A stretch of 64,000 nucleotides of DNA, taken from contig CBDCRP010000002.1 of assembly GCA_965221165.1 (NCBI GenBank), forward strand, positions 1,024,001 through 1,088,000, given 5' to 3'. Each line of letters starts with the position of its first letter. The stretch's first letter is position 1. This stretch comes from a bacterium (GTDB taxonomy: Bacteria; UBA8248). The notes below the pieces were generated by a model. The model worked only from the letters and a program-made list of their open reading frames with translations. It searched no databases and was not told the origin of the DNA. Of this stretch, positions 47,841-56,729 are shown piece by piece. The translations under genes were made by a program, and so were the position numbers.

Positions 47841-49622
47841 ATGAAGGTTCAAAAGGTGGGCGTCGTCGGTTTGGGAACGATGGGGTCGAACATCGCCATC
47901 GTCTGCGCCCGGGGCGGCAAGGAAACGGCCGTGTTCGAGGCGGGCGCGGCGGCCATGGAAGCCGGTATGGGCCGGGTACGCTCGTTCGTCGACGCCGGAG
48001 TGCAGAAAGGAAAAACCTCTCCCGAGGAGAGAGACGCGATGATGGGCCGGATTCAGGAGGCCGGGTCGCTCTCCGGGATGGAGGACTGCGATCTGGTGAT
48101 CGAGGCCATCACGGAAGACCGCGAGGAGAAAAACAACCTGCTCAGGAACCTGAACGCCGTCCTGGGTGGAGACGCCATCATCGCGTCCAACACGAGCACG
48201 CTTTCCATCTCCCACATGGGAGCGGCGTCGGGGCGGCCGTCCAAAACCATCGGAACCCATTTCTGCCTGCCCGCAGCGCTCAACAAACTCGTGGAAGTCG
48301 TCCCCGGCCTCCTCACGAGCGATGAGACCCTGAGCGCGACGACCGCCTTTCTGGAAGAAGTCGGCCAGACGCCCGTCGAAGTCAAGGACGCGCCCGGCTT
48401 CGTGCTCAACTATTTTCTCGTGGCTTTCCAGAACGACTGCATTCGCCTCATAGAGTCGGGCTACACGAACCCGGCGGACCTGGACGCGGGCGTCCGGCTC
48501 GGCCTGGGCTACAGGATGGGGCCGATGCGCCTGCTCGACATCGAGGGACTCGACATCCACCGGACGGTCTCTCTTTCGATGTACGAACAATTAAAGGACC
48601 CGAGGTACATCCCCCCGCCGCTGGTCGACCGCATGATCCACGCGGGGCACCTGGGCGCCAAGACGGGTAAAGGGTTTTACACCTACAAATCCGCGGGCGT
48701 GTTCGGCGTCGCCGAGCCCGAAGAAGACTTGAGCCAAGAGCGCGACCTCTCCCGGGGCCGGCCTCTCGCGGATGCGGTGAAAAAAGTGGGCGTCATCGGA
48801 GTCGGCGCCATGGGCTCGGGCATCGCGCAGGTCTGCATCACCGCAGGTCTCGAAGTCACCGCCATAGAGGTGAGCCCCGAGTTCCTGGAGTCAGGCCTCA
48901 CCCGGATTCGCAGAAATCTAGAAGGCGCCGTGAAGCGCGGGAAGATGGATGAGAACCAAAAAGAGGAAACGCTCGCGCGCCTCGGCGGCTCGACCGATCT
49001 GGGCGCGCTTGCGGATTGCGACCTCATCATCGAGGTGATCGTCGAGAATCTGGACGCCAAGCTCGAACTGTTCGAAAAGCTGGGAGAAATCGCGAAACAA
49101 GGCGCCATCATCGCGTCGAACACCTCGTGTTTGTCGGTAACCGCCATGGCGGCCAAGACGAAAACCCCCGAGCGCGTGCTCGGACTCCACTTCTTCAACC
49201 CCCCCTACGCCATGCGGCTCGTCGAGGTGGTCGAGGCTATCCAGACGGCGCCCGAGATCACCGAGTTCGGGGTCGCGTTCTCCGAGCGAATCGGCAAGAC
49301 CCCGATTCCCGTCAAGGACAGGCCGGGATTTCTGGTGAACCGCCTCGTCGTGCCCTATCTCAACCACGCCGCCCAGGCGTTCGACGAGGGGCTGGCGGAC
49401 AGAGAAAGCATGGACAAGGCCATCAGCATGGGACTCGGACACCCCATGGGCCCGCTCACGCTCATCGACCTCGTGGGCGTGGACGTGCAGACCTTCGTCG
49501 CCGATTCGATGGCCGAAGAGCTGGGCGAGGCCAGGTTCTACGCGCCGCCCATCCTGCGCCGGATGACCTCGGCGGGGTGGCTGGGCAGAAAAACGGGCAA
49601 GGGTTTTTATGATTACGCCTAA
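47841..49622 (+). CDS. Tandem-duplicated 3-hydroxyacyl-CoA dehydrogenase (two complete units in one chain)
   Basis: Both halves carry GxGxMG, DL(V/I)IE, ASNTS, HF, PGF, MGP and GxKTGKGFY. CAGGAG RBS before ATG 47841. Confidence 0.92.
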   Translation: MKVQKVGVVGLGTMGSNIAIVCARGGKETAVFEAGAAAMEAGMGRVRSFVDAGVQKGKTSPEERDAMMGRIQEAGSLSGMEDCDLVIEAITEDREEKNNLLRNLNAVLGGDAIIASNTSTLSISHMGAASGRPSKTIGTHFCLPAALNKLVEVVPGLLTSDETLSATTAFLEEVGQTPVEVKDAPGFVLNYFLVAFQNDCIRLIESGYTNPADLDAGVRLGLGYRMGPMRLLDIEGLDIHRTVSLSMYEQLKDPRYIPPPLVDRMIHAGHLGAKTGKGFYTYKSAGVFGVAEPEEDLSQERDLSRGRPLADAVKKVGVIGVGAMGSGIAQVCITAGLEVTAIEVSPEFLESGLTRIRRNLEGAVKRGKMDENQKEETLARLGGSTDLGALADCDLIIEVIVENLDAKLELFEKLGEIAKQGAIIASNTSCLSVTAMAAKTKTPERVLGLHFFNPPYAMRLVEVVEAIQTAPEITEFGVAFSERIGKTPIPVKDRPGFLVNRLVVPYLNHAAQAFDEGLADRESMDKAISMGLGHPMGPLTLIDLVGVDVQTFVADSMAEELGEARFYAPPILRRMTSAGWLGRKTGKGFYDYA

Positions 49623-49699
49623 GCGCACTTCTCATTAGCCGCCCCGGATTTCACGATGCGCATCGCCACTACCGCACCCACCGTATCGGGAGAGAGGCA

Positions 49700-50647
49700 G
49701 TGAGCCGCGCGTTCCCGGAACCCATCATCGTGGTGAGCAAGTGTCTCGAGTTCGACGCATGCCGCTACAACGGCGAGCGAATCGCGTTTCACTTCATCGA
49801 ACGCTTAAAGCCCCACGTCCGCTTCCGGCCGGTTTGTCCGGAGGTGGAGATAGGCCTGGGCACGCCGAGGGACCCGATACGAATCTACCTACAAGGCGAG
49901 AAGAAAAGCCTCTACCAGCCCCGCACGCAGAGGTATCTCACGCGGGAGATGAACGCTTTTTCCAGACGGTTTCTGGAGGGACTCAAAGAAGTCGACGGTT
50001 TTATCCTGAAGGCGAAATCCCCCTCGTGCGCGATCACGGACGCGAAGATATTTCCTGCCGCCACGTCAGAGCGGCCAGCCGGCGAGGGGACGGGCCTGTT
50101 CGCGGAAAAAGCGCTCAAAAAGTTCGCCGCGCGCGCGTTCGTGGACGAGGAGCGGCTGAACGACGCGGACGGTCGCGCGGGTTTTCTCACCAAAATTTTC
50201 ACGCTCGCCGGGTTCCGCGAAATCAAACAAGAAGGCCGCACCGCTGGCCTCGTCCGCTACCACGCGGAGAACAAACTACTCTTCCTGGCCTATCATCAAG
50301 AGACCATGCGCGAGATGGGGCGGATAGTGGCGAATCACGAAAAGCGCACGTTCGACGAGGTCGTCTCCACCTACGAAAGCGCGCTCATGAGACTCCTCGC
50401 CCGTCCGCCTGCGCGCGACTCATGGGTGAACGCCCTCGCCCATGCGATGGGGCATTTTTCCGAAAAAACCGGCGCGCTTGAGAAGACGCGTTTCCTTGAT
50501 GCGCTGGACGAATACCGCGAGGGAAAAATTCCGCTGAGCGAACCTCTCGAAACCCTGCAGGAGTGGAGCGCTCGCTTCGGCTCCGAGTATCTGGAAGCGC
50601 AAACCCTCTTCGAACCATACCCGCGCGCGTTGTGTGATGAGGGGTGA
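49700..50647 (+). CDS. DUF523 + DUF1722 (YbgA-like) protein
   Basis: VSKCL..CRYNG, VCPEVEIGLGTPR, KSPSC, GLFA and a C-terminal DUF1722-like domain ending FEPYP. Confidence 0.9.
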   Translation: MSRAFPEPIIVVSKCLEFDACRYNGERIAFHFIERLKPHVRFRPVCPEVEIGLGTPRDPIRIYLQGEKKSLYQPRTQRYLTREMNAFSRRFLEGLKEVDGFILKAKSPSCAITDAKIFPAATSERPAGEGTGLFAEKALKKFAARAFVDEERLNDADGRAGFLTKIFTLAGFREIKQEGRTAGLVRYHAENKLLFLAYHQETMREMGRIVANHEKRTFDEVVSTYESALMRLLARPPARDSWVNALAHAMGHFSEKTGALEKTRFLDALDEYREGKIPLSEPLETLQEWSARFGSEYLEAQTLFEPYPRALCDEG

Positions 50648-50757
50648 ATAATCAAGAAGCCCTATCTGCATGAGCATGCGCTCTCCGGCTTGAAAAACGG
50701 TGCCCTGATCGATGTCCAATTACAGAAAACCTTCACGGTGAAATAACGGGGAGAGGC

Positions 50758-50785
50758 GTAGGGGCGGTTCGCGAACCGCCCCTAC
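50758..50785. repeat. Perfect 28-bp GTAG-foot REP palindrome
   Basis: GTAGGGGCGGTTCGCGAACCGCCCCTAC. Confidence 0.85.
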
Positions 50786-50863
50786 CGGAAAACCAACACT
50801 TCTGGATTTACCCGCATCCATCCCAGGCGTGAAATTTCGGGCTACCGGAATGCCGCACGCTCC

Positions 50864-50985
50864 TCACATGCCGTCGGGTTCACCCGTGGCAGGGTCGACC
50901 GTCGACGGCTCGTAGAAATTGAAATCCTCGGCGTCGAGGTTCGCCACGTCGAAGTTTTCCAAGGTGATCGAGCCCCCGCCGTCCC
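50864..50985 (-). pseudogene. C-terminal remnant of an RTX-like Ca-binding protein
   Basis: GGGSITLENFDVANLDAEDFNFYEP...DGM* matches GGTITLENVDVADLDAEDFTFYEA...EGM* at the end of 52945-53757. Confidence 0.8.
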
Positions 50986-51113
50986 CCCTCCACACACTCG
51001 TTGCCACAACGCGAGCGGCGGTGCTATTTTCACCCGTGGTGGATCGCTGTCATCAGCGGAGGCCCACCCACCTTCCATATCACCATCATTCGTTTTCAGG
51101 AGGAATCACCCTT

Positions 51114-51473
51114 ATGAAAGTGCTCATCAAGAGTCCCTGGGGTTCGGACGAGTCTACGAAAGGGTCTTTCGCCTTTTTGCACGCGAACGCCTTTGCGGAG
51201 GCGGGCCACGAGGTGCGGCTGTTTCTTCTCGGCGAAGCGGTGAACCTGATGAAAGACGAGGTGATGAACGCGGTGACGCCCGTCGGCTGGCCGCCTCTGA
51301 GAGAGACGTTTGCCCAGACGGTAAAGTTTGAGATTCCCGTCCATATATGAACGGCGTGCGCGCGGGCCCGTGCGGTCCATGAGGATGACCTGGAAGGCAA
51401 GAACGCGCGCTTCGTGACGCCCAAGGACCTGGTGGCGCTCGTGGAATGGGCCGACAAGGTCCTGAGCGAGTAA
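51114..51473 (+). CDS. DsrE-family selenoprotein (UxxC motif; in-frame TGA at 51348-51350)
   Basis: CAGGAGG RBS; MKVLIKSPWGSDESTK...VRLFLLGEAV...IPVHI-TGA-TACARARAV...LVEWADKVLSE-TAA. The TGA sits at the first Cys position of the DsrE CxxC, and tRNA-Sec is present in the window. Confidence 0.9.
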
Positions 51474-51860
51474 TCAACCCCGACCGGGGGGGTCAATTCC
51501 GAGCGAGGAGCGAGGAATTGCAGGCTGTTGTTTTTCTCATCCGCAGCAGCCCCTCCTTCCTCAGTCGTGGGAATTCCTCCTTCTTCAGTCGGAATTCACC
51601 CCCCACCGCATCAGCCTTCGCACACAAAACGCTCGGCTTCTGCGTCGGTCTTCCCGAGGAGGAAAGACCGACCCTCAAGGGGGAGTGGATTCGAGGATTA
51701 CCCCCATCCGCAAGCGCAGAAGTGATGAAGGGCGGGGAGCCTTTGAAGCCGGACAAAAATCCACGTGGATTCCCGCCCCCGGCGCGCAGACGCTCGGCGT
51801 CATCGAAAAATTCGGGAGCAGGGGAAGCGAAGTTGTGCTACCATCGTACCGGCATCCCGG

Positions 51861-51944
51861 CGCGAGCCCCGGGAGATCCGCCCCGGCGTCAGGGTCGCCT
51901 TCATCAAAGGGCCGGAGAACATCGGCGTCGAACCCGCCCAAAGG
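51861..51944 (+). pseudogene. Remnant of a VOC/glyoxalase family gene 3' end
   Basis: EPREIRPGVRVAFIKGPENIGVE resembles the VOC C-terminal strand motif (RxAFxxxPxxxxIEL). No intact N-terminus is present. Confidence 0.55.
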
Positions 51945-52035
51945 AACACCCAAGAGCGAGAAACCGCGGGCGCGCCGCGAGAAGGAGCGCGCTCGCCTCC
52001 TTGGATCGTTTCATCATCAGGCATGGAGCGCGGAA

Positions 52036-52503
52036 ATGGACATTGAAAAGAGGCTGGAAGAGCTCGATATCGAGCTTCCCGAAGTCCCGACCGCCGTGGC
52101 GAACTACATCCCCGGCGTGGCGGTGGGCGAGGTGCTTTTCCTCGCCGGCACCATCGGCCAATACAACGGAGAGATACCCATTCAGGGGAAGCTCGGCGGC
52201 GGGGTCACCGTCGAGGAGGGCTATCAGTCGGCGCGCCTGTGTGGTCTCAACCACTTCGCCATGGCGAAAACGTGCCTGGGGGGCGACCTGGATCGCATCG
52301 TCCGGGCCGTGCGCCTCATCGGCTACGTGAACAGCGCGCCCGGCTTCCAGGAGGCGCCCTGGGTGGTGAACGGGGAGAGCGACCTTCTGGTCGAGGTGCT
52401 CGGCGAGGAGAGGGGAAAGCACGCGCGCGCGGCCCTGAACATCAACGAGCTCACCTACGACGCGCCGGTGGAGACCGTTCTCACCTTACAGATTCGTCCC
52501 TAG
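52036..52503 (+). CDS. RidA/YjgF family protein
   Basis: IEKRLEELDIELP, ANYIP, GYVNSAPGF, VNGESDLL and GKHARAA motifs. Confidence 0.92.
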   Translation: MDIEKRLEELDIELPEVPTAVANYIPGVAVGEVLFLAGTIGQYNGEIPIQGKLGGGVTVEEGYQSARLCGLNHFAMAKTCLGGDLDRIVRAVRLIGYVNSAPGFQEAPWVVNGESDLLVEVLGEERGKHARAALNINELTYDAPVETVLTLQIRP

Positions 52504-52572
52504 CCGTCCCGGTGCGGTTTTCCCGTCGGGGTCGCGCCGGTGTTCCGCTTCGGCGATTCTCGACCGGGCGCT

Positions 52573-52902
52573 TCAAGCGGAATGCGTCGACTGCGGGCTC
52601 ATCCCTTCGATGATTTCACTCACCCTGGCCCTGAGCCAGGATTCATCGATCGGATCCGCTCCCGAGCGACTCTCCTCCACGGCTCTCATCGCCTCGAATC
52701 GTACGTGCTGCCGTATGGCGGCGGGGATACCCTCCGTGACCCGGTTGAGGGCCACCTGCAACTCATCCGGCCAAAGCCGCTCGAACGCCTCCCGGCCGGC
52801 CCCGAACGAAAACGGACCCGCCGGCGACCCATCGTCATTCTCGGCGCAAAGCTGCCGCCGGCGCTTGCCGGAGAACCCGGCCCCTTCCGACAAAACTTGC
52901 AA
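52573..52902 (-). CDS. Hypothetical protein
   Basis: GGAAGG RBS with TTG start directly after the RTX-like gene; helical-looking C-terminal half; no recognised motif. Confidence 0.45.
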   Translation of the reverse strand: MQVLSEGAGFSGKRRRQLCAENDDGSPAGPFSFGAGREAFERLWPDELQVALNRVTEGIPAAIRQHVRFEAMRAVEESRSGADPIDESWLRARVSEIIEGMSPQSTHSA

Positions 52903-52944
52903 GTCCTTCCATCCCGGTTGGCCACCACCCGCGCCGCGCGCGCC

Positions 52945-53757
52945 TCACATGCCTTCGGTTCCGCCGTCGTCCACCGGCGCTTCGTAAAACGTGAAATCCT
53001 CCGCGTCGAGATCCGCGACGTCGACGTTCTCCAGCGTAATCGTACCGCCCTGGTGCGCGCTCAGGTCGATGACGGCGGCGCCGCCGTCGGCGGAGATGCT
53101 CAGATCCCCGAAACCGGTAATCCCGGTGATCGCGCTCAGATCGATGGTGTCCTCTCCGTCGGTGAAGTCGGTGATCGTGTCGTTTCCATGTCCGGCGCTG
53201 TATACGAAGGTGTCCGCGCCTTCGCCGCCCGTCATCGTGTCGTCACCCGCGCCACCCGATATGGTGTCGTCGCCCTCGTCGCCATGGAGCGTGTCGTCGC
53301 CTGCGCCGCCATAGATCGTATCGTCGCCCGCGCCGCCGGCGATCCAGTCTTCGCCTTCACCGCCCACGATCGTGTCGTCGACCGCGTCGGGGTCGTTTCC
53401 AGACTCCGACGCGCCGGTGGACTCTTCCTGGGGCTGGTTGAAAATGAAGTCGCTCGCGTCGAAGTCCTCCAGGGAGACCCCCGATAGGTACAGCCGCCCC
53501 CCTCCATGATCGGCGAGGTCGATGATCACCCCGGAACCATCCGCCGCCTCTTGGATGTCCAGTTGGTCGAAACTCGTGATGCCCGGACGGTTCCTGCTGA
53601 AATCTATCTTGTCCTCTCCGTCCGTGAAGTTGGCGAGCTCGATGTCCATGGCCGCGACGCCGATGTGGTAGATTTCCGCTCCCTCCATCCCCGTCAACGT
53701 GTGCTCTACGGGTATGTCATTCCACCAGGCGTCGCCTACATTTTCATTATCCGCCAT
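52945..53757 (-). CDS. RTX/hemolysin-type calcium-binding repeat protein
   Basis: GGxGxDxI nonapeptides, GADTFVY, and DTITDFTDGEDTIDLS with an upstream paralogous FTDGEDKIDFS. AAGGAG RBS. Confidence 0.9.
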   Translation of the reverse strand: MADNENVGDAWWNDIPVEHTLTGMEGAEIYHIGVAAMDIELANFTDGEDKIDFSRNRPGITSFDQLDIQEAADGSGVIIDLADHGGGRLYLSGVSLEDFDASDFIFNQPQEESTGASESGNDPDAVDDTIVGGEGEDWIAGGAGDDTIYGGAGDDTLHGDEGDDTISGGAGDDTMTGGEGADTFVYSAGHGNDTITDFTDGEDTIDLSAITGITGFGDLSISADGGAAVIDLSAHQGGTITLENVDVADLDAEDFTFYEAPVDDGGTEGM

Positions 53758-53769
53758 GTCGTCTCTCCT

Positions 53770-54147
53770 TTATTTCAGGCCGCAAAAGTAATTTTGTTCG
53801 CAAGAGCGCAGCGCCGCTCTCGCCCATATCACCGCAGGCGCGCCGCCAAAAAGATCGTCGTCGCCGGCCTCGTCGGAGTCCAGATTGTCGCCCACCAGCG
53901 TATCGTCGCCCGCGCCGCCAAAGAGCCAGTCGTCGCCCGAGCCCCCGTGGAGCACGTCGTCTCCGGCATCGCCCGAGAGCAAGTCGTCGCCCGAGCCGCC
54001 GTAGATGACGTCGTCGCCGATCCCGCCGCTGATACGGTCGTGACCGCCGAGACCGTCGATGCGGTTGTCGATGTTCCCTCCCTGCAGGTGGTCGTCGTCT
54101 TCGGCGCCGGTAATCCTGCCTTCCTCGGGAGTGTTTTCCTCGGTCAT
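53770..54147 (-). CDS. RTX-type calcium-binding repeat protein, apparently C-terminally truncated
   Basis: About 8 GGxGDDxL nonapeptides that end abruptly in non-repeat sequence (PAVIWARA...). Confidence 0.75.
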   Translation of the reverse strand: MTEENTPEEGRITGAEDDDHLQGGNIDNRIDGLGGHDRISGGIGDDVIYGGSGDDLLSGDAGDDVLHGGSGDDWLFGGAGDDTLVGDNLDSDEAGDDDLFGGAPAVIWARAALRSCEQNYFCGLK

Positions 54148-54361
54148 GATCGCCTTTCCCTATTCAGGAACTGGCCGGATTTCCAGGCCGCCATGGTAGT
54201 CCTCAGTGACCCGGCCGTGAGGGGCGCCCTCTCGCCCGAAACGGATGACGAGTCAAAACCCGACAACTCACCGACAAGGTCTTTTCAAAATTTACTACTA
54301 CGGCGAAACGCGCGTCAAGATGAAATTTTTGGGGGCGTCGGTGTGTGGGTCGGTGCGAGAG

Positions 54362-54463
54362 GATGAGAACCTTGTAGACGCCGACCCGGCCCGTCGACTC
54401 CTCCACCAGGGCGATGTCCGTAAAGGTGCCTCCGACGTCCACGCCGACCCGCCAGCCGCTCAA
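54362..54463 (-). pseudogene. N-terminal remnant of hydantoinase/oxoprolinase A
   Basis: WRVGVDVGGTFTDIALVEESTGRVGVYKVL with GGGAGG RBS; similarity stops after about 33 codons. Confidence 0.8.
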
Positions 54464-54884
54464 TGGCGCCTCCCTCTTACGTCATGGCCGGGAACCCCCG
54501 AATTCGGGCCGCCCGTTCGGCCTTCCCGGACAATCCCGATCCCCTGCCGGATCAGTGGGCGGGTAATCCTGGCACTCCTGTCTTCAGGATTACGCGCGCG
54601 TTCAAACGCTGAATCCCGCCGGATGACGCGGCAGTATATGCCATACCCGGCCCGGCAGATATGGAAAAATTCGTCGTGAAAACTCTGCGTCTCGCCCTTC
54701 TCATAAGCCGCCCCCCCCCAACTGCGGGCGAAGCGTGCCGGGCGGACGCGCATCTCGTTCCAGGAGAGGCGCACGTCTAGCCTACGCCCAAGCCGGGCTG
54801 CGTGGCGGTTCGGGGGGTATGCTGAAGTGGCTTTTTTCTCGTGGCTTTCATGGGATGAGAATATCGCACATTTTGGGGCGCAAT

Positions 54885-55270
54885 TCCTCCCTCCCCGCAG
54901 ACAATCCCTCCTCCCGTAGGTCGGACACACGGGTCCGCCCTTACAACAAAACATCCCCCCGTCGACAAGATAAGGGCGTAGGCCCGTAGGGACAGGCCCC
55001 CGTGCCTGTCCTGGCCAGAGACAACCATAGTGGCCGGACAACCACGGGGGGTTGTCCCTACAACACCTCGGGGTCGTCCTGTTCGGCTCGTTTCATGTTT
55101 TGGGCGGGCACAGGGGTCTGTGGGGCGGCCCCCAAGAGGGTCCGCCCCTGAGCAATCCCTCCTCCCGTAGGGGTTGCATACATGCGACCCGTGTCCTACG
55201 GGCGAAAGGCCGGGACGCATATATGCGTCCCCTACGGGTAATCCCCTGCCGTGGGGCGGACATACGGGCT
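54885..55270. repeat. Cluster of GTAG-foot REP palindromes with differing stems
   Basis: GTAGGTCGGACACACGGGTCCGCCC, GTAGGGACAGGCCCCCGTGCCTGTCC, GGACAACCACGGGGGGTTGTCCCTAC, GTAGGGGTTGCATACATGCGACCC, GGGACGCATATATGCGTCCCCTAC; CAATCCCTCCTCCCGTAGG occurs twice. Confidence 0.8.
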
Positions 55271-55373
55271 TGCGGGCGGGGGCGCTTTCAAGAGAGCATG
55301 AGAGGGGACGCGAGCGGGCGCCGTGAGGGGAATTGCGGGCGAAATCCGCGCGCTAAAAGGCTCTCGATAATAT

Positions 55374-55456
55374 GTGAAAAGTGGTGAAAAAAGGAGAAAA
55401 ATCCTGAAAAACAGTGAAAATATCTGAAAATTTAAACTATTGATAATAAAGGCGTT
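55374..55456 (+). repeat. Phased (NNGAAAANNN)x6 array with IHF consensus site, copy B
   Basis: gtgaaaagtg gtgaaaaaag gagaaaaatc ctgaaaaaca gtgaaaatat ctgaaaattt aaactattgataataaagg. The reverse complement of 55433-55445 is TATCAATAGTTTA (WATCAANNNNTTR). Confidence 0.72.
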
Positions 55457-55555
55457 ATTTGAAAAAAGAGAGGGTTTTGGACTTAACGGGGGACAGACTC
55501 CTGGTTCCGGGCGCAGTCGTGGGTACGCTGAACGCGGAGCGGGCGCGGCCGGGGC

Positions 55556-56458
55556 CTACGGATTGGGCTCTATTCTCGAGGGCAGGCCCCCCATCTCGCG
55601 CAGCACCTCGTAGAAGGCGACGGTGTCTTCTTCCGCATAACCCCGCTCATAGGCCATCTGCACCACCTGGGACCAGAGGTTCGTCATCAGCATGGGCGAG
55701 CCGTGGAGCCGGCCTTGCTCGAGCATGAGGCGAGAATCCTTGAGGGATGTCTTCACCTGACCCTGTTTCGAGTAATCCGCGTGAATCATCTTGGGGCCTT
55801 TGTCTATCATCGTCTTGGAGGAGCAAGCCCCGTCCTGGAGCACCTCCAGGAGGGTGTCCATCTCGAGACCGACCTTCGATCCGAGCAGCAGCCCCTCGGC
55901 CAGGGCGAGCCGGTTGCCCGCCAGGATCATGTTGATGACCAGCTTCGTCCGCGCGCCCGAGCCCACCGGCCCCATATAGTAGGCCGCCCGGCTGAAACCG
56001 GCGAAAACAGTGCGGCAGGCGTCGAAATCCTCCGCCTCACCGCCTGCGATGACCACCAGATCCTTCACGACCGCCATCGTGCTCGTCCCGCTCACGGCGG
56101 AATCGAGAAAACGGATTCCCCGCTCATTCAAATCCCCGGCGAGACGAACCGAATCCTCAGGACGCGAGGTCGTCGTATCGAGATGGTAGAGGCCCTCTTT
56201 CGCGCCCTCGGCGACCCCGCCGGGGCCTAAAGTCGCCTCGCGCGCGACGTCGCTGGTGGGCAAAGAGGTGATGACGAAGTTCACGCCTCTGGCGGCGGCG
56301 GCGGGCGTTTCGGCGGGATGGCCGCCTTTTTCGCGCAGATCGTCCATGCGCGCGGGGTCCACGTCGAAGCCCTGCACCTCGAAGCCCGTCTCGCGCATGT
56401 TCTTGATGAACGCCTGGCCCATCAGCCCCATGCCCACGATACCCACACGTTGCGACAT
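55556..56458 (-). CDS. NAD(P)-dependent beta-hydroxyacid dehydrogenase family protein
   Basis: GIVGMGLMG, LDSAVSG and TKLVIN motifs. Confidence 0.92.
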   Translation of the reverse strand: MSQRVGIVGMGLMGQAFIKNMRETGFEVQGFDVDPARMDDLREKGGHPAETPAAAARGVNFVITSLPTSDVAREATLGPGGVAEGAKEGLYHLDTTTSRPEDSVRLAGDLNERGIRFLDSAVSGTSTMAVVKDLVVIAGGEAEDFDACRTVFAGFSRAAYYMGPVGSGARTKLVINMILAGNRLALAEGLLLGSKVGLEMDTLLEVLQDGACSSKTMIDKGPKMIHADYSKQGQVKTSLKDSRLMLEQGRLHGSPMLMTNLWSQVVQMAYERGYAEEDTVAFYEVLREMGGLPSRIEPNP

Positions 56459-56613
56459 ACCCTTTTCTCCTTTCACGGCGATGAATTTCGTTTGGTTTTA
56501 AGACGTTCCCGCCCCGAGAACAAGCAGCACAGGCCTCGCCGAGCGTTCTCGCGCCGCACAAAACCCCCGGACCACGCTTTCAGAACCATCCCAAGCCGTT
56601 GTATCCTTCTCCC

Positions 56614-56710
56614 GGGAGCGCATCGGTGCTGGTGTGCCGCCTGGACTTCAAATCCAGTGGACGGGGCTAATCACTTCGTCGGTGGGTTCGACTCCCACGC
56701 GTTCCCGCCA
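56614..56710 (+). tRNA. selC: tRNA-Sec (anticodon UCA)
   Basis: 8-bp acceptor stem GGGAGCGC/GCGTTCCC with GCCA end, CTGGA-CTTCAAA-TCCAG anticodon arm, long variable arm, GGTTCGACTCC T-arm; 97 nt. Confidence 0.96.
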
Positions 56711-56729
56711 GTTTTTGGCCTCAAAAACA

